Below are positions 48,201 to 60,200 of a stretch of 64,000 nucleotides of DNA, piece by piece. The translations under genes and the position numbers were made by a program. The notes under the pieces are model-generated. The model did no database searches and was not told where the DNA came from. It saw only the letters and a program-made list of their open reading frames with translations. Positions within the stretch are counted from its first letter, which is position 1; each line of letters opens with the position of its first letter. Source of the DNA: Tubulanus polymorphus (taxonomy: Eukaryota; Animalia; Nemertea); the NCBI RefSeq assembly GCF_964204645.1, contig NC_134027.1, positions 186,001 to 250,000 on the forward strand, written 5' to 3'.

Positions 48201-51200
48201 CTGCCCCTGGACCCGGCCCTGGATGCGGTCCTGTTTCCGCCCCTGCCTGGATGCGCCCCTGGATGCGCCCGTGGATCTACCCCTGTTCAGAGATTTCAAG
48301 AATTCTATTCAATTGAATTAGATCATGATTATATCTACCTTGTATAGTGTAACAATGAAATAACAGCGTCTGGAAGTGCATCCATTGTATGTCTGAGTTG
48401 ATGTTCCCAGGCATCGTAAACTATAATGTGACCGACTTCGTTTGCTTGAACTCCGACTAATACAGCCGTCTGTCTAACAGTACACATACACCAGATTCGA
48501 CCATGTCTTTGCGGTTTAGGTAATATCATTCCCTGCGAAATAAAACCCCCCAAAAAAACTTGTCATTCAAACCCAAACATTCAGAAATTATAAAACACCA
48601 ACTACTAGGCTAGGTCTAACTGTACGGTCATGCCTCAATTCATTTTCTAAGGCCAGGAGTCAGTTTCATTAGACCAGTCTAAAGCCATGGAATGAGATCA
48701 GTCTTACCTCATTACAGTCCTATAACTAATCTTATTGAACTATAAGTCTATTCAAACCTAAATCTAGATAACCACACTCATAGAAGTATTCTCAGTGTTC
48801 GTAGTAACTCTTAATAAAACAAGTGAATTGTTCAAATAACCTTGATTTCTGATTTACTGTCAGTAAGATTGACCCAGGATAATTGAGAGTGACCTCTCTC
48901 TCCGCTGCCAAACCAAGCTTCCACTAACTGATCCTCATGTCTCTACAAATATAAACTCAAACAATTCACTCACATACCAGGGCTAGTAGCATCTGATGTC
49001 ACTTACAGGCTTGTAGCATATGTAGTTAATCCTAACCCTGTCTATGAACCAGGGCCCAGGTTGTGGATTTATCGCAGACCCAGCCAAAAACATAAAACAT
49101 CCTTTGATATATGACCTATTGCTCCTCCCCTCCCGTATGATTGACAACTTACCCTCACAGCGATACATTCAACAGCTAAATCCTTCGATACATACATCAC
49201 TCGCTTCAGAGACACAACCTCAGCACAATTCAAACAATCATAGACTTCAGCAGCCTACAATTAAAAATAAACAACCTTAGACTGACGCGGTCAGTTGTGG
49301 ATGACTCCAGATCCAGTTTGGGATGACTCCAGATCCAGTTGTGGATGACTCCGGATCCAGACTACTCTGGTAGCTGTTAACTTACTGTCAGTCTTTTATC
49401 AGGATCTTCTTTAAGACACGTATCAATAACGTCCTCCATATCGGGCCACGGTTCTTGTCCTTTGCTTGTGATCGGGTTGATTGGTCTTTGCTACAAATAC
49501 ATCATAAACAACTTGATTATGTTATGTTTACATCAAGGGCTGATGTCAATGTAAACGATTAAGTGCTTAATCTCAGAGCCAGTGATTGAAGCACTAGGAC
49601 TGCAGAACAGCAATCCAAGTTTATCAATCATTATCCTCCAGACTCTATTTGTGGGACCAATCAATTCTCTCTGGGGTATGCGAATACCAGTCGTATCAGG
49701 ATGAATTAGAGCAAGAAAATTTGTTACATATTGACGGGCAGGGCACGAGATCGACTCCCGGGGTAAACAGGATTCTGATATATTTCATGAACTGACCTCT
49801 AGAACTGCAGCATCGAGTTCAGCTCGACAGATTAATTCCTCAAACGGATGATGACCTCCAGTAACGAGTGTATAAAGAGTGATACCCAGTGAGTAAACGT
49901 CTGCCTGGTATGTGTAAGTCTCTTCACGAGCTACCTCTGGTGCCTTGTATCCAGCTGTACCCTCCGACGCGTAAAACCCATACGACGCCGCAAACCGAGC
50001 TATTCCGTAATCTGTGATCTTAGCATTCACCTGAAATAAACAAATCATAACTCATAAAGCTGGAACATGATCCAGGACTGGGGAACTGGGTTCTGAGTAT
50101 CACAAAAACTGAAATATTTAACGGGTAACTGCCTCAAAGATTATTTATATGAAATGCATAAGAGTCTCTCATACTTACGACAACATTCAAAGACAAACTG
50201 AAGATAAGAACATTGTCTGGTTTCATATCTCTATAAATGATTTTATATTTCTGTAAATACATCAATCCTTCGGACACCTACAGAATAAATACATACACAA
50301 AATAAGAGCAAAATCTGGAAGTGACCCAAGGTAAATCTAACTCATAACTGTGGAATTGCGACCAGAACTGTGGAACTGGATCTAGAACTGTAGATCTGGG
50401 TCATGAACTGTGTAACTGGGAACACAATTGTGGAACTGGGTCTAGAACTGTGTAACTGGGACCAGAATTGTGGAACTGGGGTAGAACCGTGGAACTGGGG
50501 TCAGAATTGTGGAACTGGGTCTAGAACTGTGTAACTTGGACCAGAATTGTGGAACTGGGGTAGAACTGTGTAACTGGGACCAGAATTGTGGAAACGGGTC
50601 TAGAACTGTGTAACTTGGACCAGAATTGTGGAACTGGGGTCAGAATTGTGGAACTCTATCCTGAACTGTAGAACTGGATCCAGTACTGTAGAACTCAATC
50701 GCGAATTGTGGAAGTGGATCCAGAATTGTGGAATTGTGTGGTGGTGGATTATTGATAATACCTGTGTAGCAATTCTATGCATCAAGCGTCTGCTCAAAGC
50801 TCGTCCTGTTTTCAGTAGTCCACCGAGTGAACCGAGTGGAGCTAGTTCTAGTAGTATAACCCTCGGTCGCAGTCCGACCGCTAACATCTCGATTAAACTC
50901 GGGTGTTGCAGACGTCTGAGGATTGTTACTTCCTGTCTCATCATCGTATGTGGACTAACATCACCGACTTTATTAAACACCTTCACAGCTACCGATCTAT
51001 CTTTATACGTGGCTCGGTAAACTGATCCGAAACTACCTTCACCAATACGAGATTCATTACTGTAAAATATTCAATATCTTTTACTAGAAATATCTTACAG
51101 AACAAACCTCCCCTCCAATCACTCCTCCCCTGTACCCCATCCTCCCCTCCCTCCTTCCCTGTACCATCCATCCTCCCCTCCCTTCTTCCCTGTACCATCC

Positions 51201-54200
51201 ATCCTCCCCTCCCTTCTTCCCTGTACCCCATCCTCCCCTCCCTCCTCCCCTGTACCCCATCCTCCCCTCCCTCCTCCCCCTGTACCCCATCCATCCTCCC
51301 TCCCTCCTCCCCTGTACCCATCCTCCCTCCCTCCTTCCCCTTTACCCCATCCTCCCTCCCTCCTCCCCTTGTACCCCATCCATCCTCCCTCCTCCCCCTG
51401 TACCCCATCCATCCTCCCTCCTCCCCCTGTACCCATCCATCCTCCCTCCTTCCCCTGTACCCCATCCTCCCTCCCTCATCCCCCTGTACCCCATCCTCCC
51501 TCCTCCCCCTGTACAGGCTGGAAGAGATTCACTACATTGATACTTGAAGAGAATCTTTTTTTTGAATTTTCTAATAAAATAAATCGCAGGTGCACAAGTA
51601 CATGCTATACACAGAACAATTGTACCAAGTTTCATCGAAATACAACAAAAAGGAGGTGTTGGTGTCTTCCTGGATGGACAATATCTCCATGGCAGATTCC
51701 ACAAACAACTAATCTAACAATTCATGATTCTGATCACGGAGTTTTTGTGAATAAGTCAAAATAGAATCGAAATCTTGAACAGAAAATGAGAAATTCAATG
51801 ATTTACTTGTTTTGCTTGTTGTATTGAGGTGAATGTAGATTGTTGTTTATTTTCTACAGTTCAAATAGAACTTACTTTGGCAAAAAGGTGAAGTAATCTT
51901 CTTCCAGTAAAAATCGTCTGTCTAAATCCCACAACATCACATCAGGAGTCTATATAAATAATAAAATACATCATCACAGACTGTCTCTCTCAGTATGAAC
52001 TCAGTTTCAGAAAGTGATTGATTACAAACCAGTATCCGCAGAGACACTGGAATATCATGATTCGGACACGAAATAACATCATCAAAATCAGATTGATTTA
52101 TCAGTTCTTCCAAAGAGAAAAAGTGAACATCTTCAGCTACAAATAAAATTGAAATTCCTACTTCATTTCCTTTACAATATTGGTAACATCTTGGAGCAGT
52201 TTTATAGACTGGGTATCACAGTTATCCCTAGTGATGGATCCTGAGTCCAGTTTTATAGACTGGGTATCACAGTTATCCCTAGCTCATAAAGCCTTCACAC
52301 ATGAATCCTTATTGTAAATACTCACGCTCACAGAAACTGCAAGGGATTTTTCTCTGTAATATTTCTTCACCGGTGAACGGATCTTTAACTAGTAAACCAG
52401 GGTACCATTCCTCGATCAGAGCGTCCATGTGATCAACTATATGACCCAATAACCTGTCACGATAACACAACAATACCGGTCAGTAAAAACATATTTCTTC
52501 CCGTGAAATATTCAAATTTATGTTAAAGACGTTTGGTTAGACTTTTTACTTTATCTTTACTGTTTAAGCTTTATGCAAAAAAGGGACCCACATTTTACTC
52601 TCCCTCGTCCCCTGAGACACTTACACTCCTCCTCTCTTCGAAGCAGGAACAGTTATCACAATAGCATCTTCGTGATTGAATTCAACCAGCACAAAATTAT
52701 CCTAGAAAATGAAACACAGTCGGCTAATCATCTGACACATTGCATTGTTTGTTTGTTTTTGAATGACGTCATTCAGATCTTGGTTAATCCCTAGACTAAC
52801 CCCATATAGTAACATTACTTACATCAGACTTATACAAGTAGATTCCTTGTTGCCAATATTTCGTATCCTGAACTCCAGATATCATCTGAAATTCATTAAA
52901 AAAGTGAAATTCTTCACATGGACTTTAGACTGAGGGTAGGTTACAGAGATTGAGTAATCAATGGCTGAGGGTAGGCTACAGAGATTGAGTAATCAATGGC
53001 TGAGGGTAGGTTACAGAGATATGAGTAATCAATGGCTGGGGGTAGGCTACAGAGATTGAGTAATCAATGGCTGAGGGTAGGCTACAGAGATTGAGTAATC
53101 AATGGCTGAGGGTAGGCTACAGAGATTGAGTAAAAAGTACCTCAGGCATCATTTCCTTCATGAACGATAGAAATCTGCAAATTAAACGAGACCAGAATCC
53201 AATCGGTACAAACGGCATTTCATAGTGACGGTGAATATAGTCTGTAACGAAATATATTCATCATATCAATAACTGAACTAAGAACATACGTTTACGCGTA
53301 GAAATTCAAACGCTATAGTCTAGAAACACACAAAATGACCAGGTTATGCTCATCTTAGCTCAGCAACCAATCTAACACCAGGCCTAGCTCATCTAACACC
53401 TAAAACAAATCTCACTCAAACAACTACCATTTACTTAGCCGCCTTTGACTCACTCACCAGTGCGTGCTTTCCCGGGTAGATTTAATTGAGGTCGCTTAGG
53501 TGAAACCCGACAAGGAATCAACAATTCTCTATCATTCAGTGGTAGAGCTATCTCAAATCTACAATACAAGAAACCTATCTCAAATCTACAATATTTCAGA
53601 GAAGATCTCGGATCAGTTGAAGATTGAGATCATCTTTATGCCAGAAATCTACTGAATCTACTCGTTTCTACAAGTTGAAAACAGAAAAATTCTAACTGAT
53701 TTGGTTGATTTCACATAAGTGATGTAATAGGAGGATTCTAGGGAGGAAGTCATTTATTCGAGAACAGGCTATAATGAACTTACTTCTCAAGCAGACGTAG
53801 ATATTGACCGATCATATCCTTCGGAAACGAATAATTAACATCTCGACCGACTTTCTTGCCGGTAAATAACTGCGGAACGTTACTTCTCAACAGTATCTGT
53901 AATTTCAAATTTTTGAATTTCAAATCCAACTGAATCCAACTGATGAGTTGTTTGTTTTCGACAGTGACATACCCCTTGTTCGCTGATGAATGGATTAATT
54001 TCTCGTACGGTGACGACTTGTGCAAACATTCGACACAACCATTCAGGATTTATGAAATACAGATCTTTCAAATAAAGCGTAGAATCTTCGAAATGTAGCA
54101 GAACGCCGACTTCATGTAAAAACCGTACAGCCTATAAGAATCAAACAGGGTTTTAACAAGCTACCCACAGTAAATAGGAAAACTATCAGAGGATTTTGAC

Positions 54201-57200
54201 ATTTCAGAAGCAAAGAGCCATTTCCAAAATAGATTTATTCCCCAAGAGTAGTTATAACAATGTAACCGGGTTGCAATGCCTGTAGCTGCTAGAATGTAAT
54301 TAGTGAGCAGTCAACTGCAGGGGGAACCTAGGTCGGAATTCACTGTGAAACCACAGAGTGGTTGTAACTACAGGTGGTGATTGTGCGTGTCTATATCGGG
54401 TCTTATAGAGGTTATGCTAGTGACATCACACAGTTCATCTTATTGAACGTCAATTGTCAGTCAAGCGGCAAACAGAAGTTAAAAGACAGCCATTTGACAG
54501 ATAATTTTATGCATTCGACTGTCTGACGCTTGTCTCAACACAATCTCAATAAATCTACGGTTTATGCGTGAAATCTAATTGTGAAACTAGAATTGAAACA
54601 CTCACTTGTTGTAGTTCATCGTGATCTAACTCTATTTTAGCTCCTTTAATCAATCTATTCAATTCATGTTGACGTAAAACGGGAAACGAACGTATTTTCG
54701 CCTGCTCCGTGATCAACTCCTCCAGTTGTTTGTAACTCACAGGGATTTTTTGTCCCATCACGAATTTACCTTTCAATTTAAACCTGAAATCATCAATCAA
54801 TTCAGTAAAATACAGTGAAACCTGTGGCTAAAGTCCTTAGAGTTGTGATGATCATTTTGTTGATGACTTATTAATCAAATCACGACTTATACTAAGTAAA
54901 TTGAAAGACTACGGTAAATGAAACTCACTCATTTATAACTTTTCGTATTTTTTGTTCAAGTTCATTTATTTCTCTTGTATCTTTCGTAGCATTCACGATT
55001 ACCATATCTTTAATTTCCGGAAAACCTGACAAACAAAAACAGAAAGGCAAATTTCAAGAGGTTCAAATTCAAAGTACACAGGAACACAATTCTAATGCAT
55101 ATTTCCAGAGCAAATCTCCAGAATATTTGAAAGTATCTCCAGCAATGTGTGGTCGATTTCTGGTTTCTTTCTGGGCACAAGAGACGGCAGCGCATTGTGG
55201 GCTGAATTTGATTTCAGGTTAGGTTTGAATCAGAGAATTCAAATCAGTCCGATATCCAGAGCAAATCTCCAGAGGATGTTGTTTGAATTTTACCTGGTTT
55301 ACTGGTTAATCTTAGAATAGCACATCTCATTTCATAAATACAGTTCTCGAGATCTTCAGGAGGGATAGCATCTTTATGAGTTCCTACGATGATAACCGGG
55401 CATCCGGGAGCTCTTGCGTGGATATTTACCAGCCACGGTTTCAATGTTTCGACTTCACTGAGACCACGAGATAAATCATAAACCACCTGTAAAATACACA
55501 TCATACCTGATCTATTACTTCTACTAAAAGGGGAGGGAAAGTTTATTTTATATTTGAACTTAGTTCTGGGTAAATACAGCTATCAGTAAGCTCAACACTC
55601 TAGTTCCACTGTTTCAGTTCAATCTGACTCTGGACGCAGTTCCACAGATGTAAGGGTTTAATCTGACTCTGGATCCAATTCCACAGTTGTGTGGGTTTAA
55701 TTTGACTCTGCACCCACAGTTGTGAGTTGAGAAATTTGATTGTGTGGAACTTAGTTCCTGATCCACAAGAGAGAAATGAGGAAGTGAGGAAGAGATTTTA
55801 TTTACCAGATAAAGCGCTCTGTTAGAGAGGAAACACTGATGAGTGCTGTAGAACTCTTCCTGACCAGCGAAATCCCACGTACTCAATGTATAAGTAACAG
55901 GTCTAGAATCTCTGTCTCTTCCATCTCGAACTGGTCTCGCTGTTAAAAATCTACAAATAAATTACATCCGTCTAAAGTCTGGTCACAAACTCAGAAAAAT
56001 TGGCATTATGGTATATTTGAGGTGTGAAGCATTTCTATGATGTCACCTCCAGTCTTTAACGAGAATCCCGACCGTGGCGACACTTTTTTCGTTCCTATGC
56101 GCTGATTTTTTCGGTCTCTGCAGTGTACGAAGTAAAGTTGTTTTTCCGCGACCTCCGAATCCGACTACCATCATCTTAATGCGGTAATATTCTTCTGACT
56201 TAAATATAGATTATGAGGTTTTAATCGTATCATTTACTACCAACAGTAGAACCTTATCTTAAAGGCTCCACTGTAGAGCTGGACCCAGTTCCACAGTTAG
56301 AGTTAACTCTCAGTTAAAGTTGGTTCATTTTCAATGAGTAACTGATGAGTAACTCTATACTTCGAACTGTGGAACTGGACCCAGAATAATGAGAGGGATA
56401 GAGAAAGGGAGGAGAGAGCTGAAAGGAGAGGGAAAGAGAGGAGAGGAAGAGGTCAGGGAGAGAAGAGAGAGACTAAGGAGAGGGTAGTTTTTCTGTACTT
56501 ACATTTTTTAATTTTTCGTGGAGAAATCCGATTAAATCTCGAGTTCTTCCTCTCAACAAAGCTTCATCGATGTCCAAACGTAGATTATCAAATGATAACT
56601 AAAATGATCAGACAATGATTTAACAAAACACTGAGTCTCTACAACATCTACTGAAATAATCATAACATTAAAACAAACGTGCGAACCTCCCAGAGCTTTG
56701 ATAGTTTTCCCAGTTCATCTGGTAATGTTGTTATAGCTGTATTATGACTGATGTCTAAAGATGTTAATCCAGATAATTGACCAATCTCTTTAGGAAGCTA
56801 CAAATAATCAAACACATTCGTAAATACAGCGTGATCAAACATTCAGCATCAATTGAAGAAAACAAAACTGATTTTAAATGAAACTTCAATTATAAGAGAG
56901 CCAAATTAAGACCATCCTCACTTGCCAGAGCTTGGTTACCTTCCAATGAAGCTCACGTTTACCCTTGGCAAGTGAGTATGTGTTACCTCGGATAAATCAT
57001 TTTTCTGTATGACCAGGCGCTCCAGCGTCGTCCAACGTTTAACGTCTAACCCGAGGTTCAGCTTATCGATATTGTTGTTTGATAGCAGTAATTCACGTAG
57101 GTTATTTGTCTGCCACAGAACCGGTGGAGGGAATCCTACGAGTCCATTACCGCTGATATCTAGAGCTCGCAATCTACAATCAACAATCAGATACTAACTT

Positions 57201-60200
57201 CAATACGACCTAGACAACTAGACCCCACGATCCAATTCCACAAGTTGTTGGTTAAATTTGAATCTAAAGCTGAAATAAGTTCATTTCCAATGTTTTTTTA
57301 GAACTGTAGAACTGGGTCAAGTCTCAATAAATCCTGATCTTCAAAGGTTGATTCTCTAAAACTTCCATTGATATTCAAGCTGATAACAACAGGGCTATCG
57401 AAGTTACCGCTACCTGGCTGACAACCACCCACCATTGAGGTCTATTACAGATAAAATCTGATGAAGCATATCAGAATATCAAACTTACGAGGGCAGCTCC
57501 AGAATGAATTTTGGTATGAAATATGGTTCTTTTACGTGTAATGAATTGTTAGCAAGTTTTACGCAGTTCAATCTGATGAGTAAAGATGCTTGCTTCTCTG
57601 ATGGCAGGCTCACTGCAAAATAAAACAACAGAAATATAGAAAACCAAGAGATCCATTCCGCCTCATTAATCTCTATCATCAGGACCCAGTTCTACATTTA
57701 AATAGTTAGAAATGAACTGGATTCAGAACTGTAGAATTGTGGAAAGAATTTGACGTACCTAATTCATTTCCGGAACATTCGAAAGTTTCCAGATATTTCA
57801 CGATCAAATATTCCTCAGGAATGTGATTTAGATAATTATGCGATAAACTCAACGTTACAAGTTTCTTCAGTTTGTTCTCTTCGGGAAGTTCAGAAATCTT
57901 GTTACTGCAAACATGAATTTAGACACATTTAGATAAATATTTACAAAAATCAGAGAGAAATATAGAGGGGTTGGTTTCGTAGACCCGGACCCAGTTCCAC
58001 CCCATCATCTAAACCAACTGTGGAACTGAGCTCTGGATGATAACCAGCACCCAGTTCCATATAGCTGTCCCTATAGTTTGACTTAAAATCAAGGCTAAAA
58101 ATCACTTATTTCTAATGTTTTAACTCAAGAAAAACTTAGAACTTTGGAAGTTGGTCCAGATTTTGATACATAGTTGTATAAGAGTCAGCCCAAGAGAGGG
58201 TTCAAGTTAAAACCAGTGCTAAGATGAATATTCTGAGTACCGACCTGTTTAGGTATAAAGTCGTGAGGTGAGGCAGTTTTTCATTAAGCCACGTCGGGTA
58301 ACTATCCAACTTGTTGTAAGACAGATACAATTCAGTTAAACTGAACGAAACAGGCATCGAATTATCCATGTAATAAGACTACAAAATATAAAACACACAA
58401 TTCATCAGACACTGGTCCTCGAGATAGTAACAGTCTTAAATTCAACTTATTCAGTCAGTTCTAATCCAATCTTACACATCAATTTTGAAGTGTTCAGACT
58501 CTGTGAAACGTACCTGCAGTTGATTGTGAGAAAGGTCGAGGATTTTGATTTTCTGACACGACAAGCATTGCGTAGGAAACACTTGTAGTTCATTGTGACT
58601 GACATCTAGATGTTGTAACAATGGAAGACACTGAAAAACAAAGCCAAACTTAATAATCACCCAGCAGAGGAACTGGTTCCAGGGTCCCTTAGTACAACGA
58701 CTGTTCAGTTTATTTTTCAAGTACCGGTTTATAGTATGAATATAAATACATATGCTTCGATGAAGGATCAATTTGAAACTTTGAGACCCATCGCTGAGCC
58801 CAGTTTTACAATGTTAGGTTAAAAGAAAATTCAGAATAATTACACAATAAATCAATACAGAATAAATGAAACAATCATCACCTTGAATATTGATTCTGGT
58901 AAAGATAAGAGGCAGTTACGACTGAGCACGAGTTTCTCAATTGATTCAAACATCGAAGATAAAGTTGAACCAATCACGACGATCGAAGATAAATCTCGAA
59001 TATTATTGGACGAAACGTCGAACAGATTGACCTGGTGTTTCACAGGTTTCTTCACGATATTCTCATTCGGAATATGATCCAAGTTCGATCGGTATCTTCT
59101 TCTATTACGATCTAAAAATAAATAAAAACATTCTTCAGTTCTACGATTGAAAGGAACTTCAAAACTCACTTCTGTTCTAAATCCGTTTTACTTATTTAAG
59201 ATCTATATTCAATGAGGGGGATGCAGTAGCAGGGAGTAGTGTGAACCATCAGTCATGGTCTCATTTACCAAGATTTGAAAGGCAGAAGTTTCTGGGTTGA
59301 TGGTTCTTCACTGCCTTGGCTCAACGAGACCTCAACCTGCCCATTATACCCTGAGTTTGAGAAGAAACTCTGAACTTGCTAACAGTGCCCTGCACGGTAC
59401 TCAGTTGGTTGAAGGCAAAGAGAAACTCTACTAATAGTGTCCTGAGTGGTGCTCAGTCATTGCTTCTAATCTAGGATCATTTTGTTTCTACAGTCAATCT
59501 TCAATCTATAACTCTGCTACGTATAATAATTCTCAACTAAAACCACTATGAATATGATCCAAGTTACTTAAACCTGGGTTCAGAACGTTCCGAACTCACT
59601 TCAAATCATAAATCATCATCAACAGTGGATTTTAGTTTGATCAGTATTTACCGAATGGTTGATGGCGTTTATATGAAGACGGTTCATCCTCTAACGACGT
59701 GTCCTGATCCGGATCAGTTTGAGCTCGTTCTATTTCACATAATTCATGTTCTGTCTCTTCAAACAGTACCCCATCAACTCCGTCCGTTCCGTCCGTTCCG
59801 TCTGTTCGGTCGCTATCCTCTTCATAAACTACTTCGATATTCTCAGGTAATGAAAATTTCCTCTAGAAAATTGAGAAAATCGTGAAAATGATTATCAAAC
59901 CTAATTTGAATGTTAAAGAAATGGGAACTAAGCAGAACTTGTTGAAAATATCCCAAAAAATCTTTATATCTGAATTCAAATAAAACTTAAGCTGTGCTAG
60001 GGGAGGTTTTGAGGAGTACAGTGAAAATTAAGCCTGGACTGAGATTTTTTGTGTCTCTGTAGAAATAGACAAAAGTTAGTTTATCCCAGTCTTATGTTTA
60101 GTCTCAAGTTTGGACTGGACCGAAATGAGATTTTCCTAGTCTTATTTGAAGTCTCAACTCTAGAACTGGACCAAAATTAGGTTGGCTAGATTTTTGGTAA

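Noticed and set aside
50989-51764. Gly/Glu/Arg-rich and Pro-rich ORFs
   Set aside because: Translations of an intronic purine/pyrimidine minisatellite.
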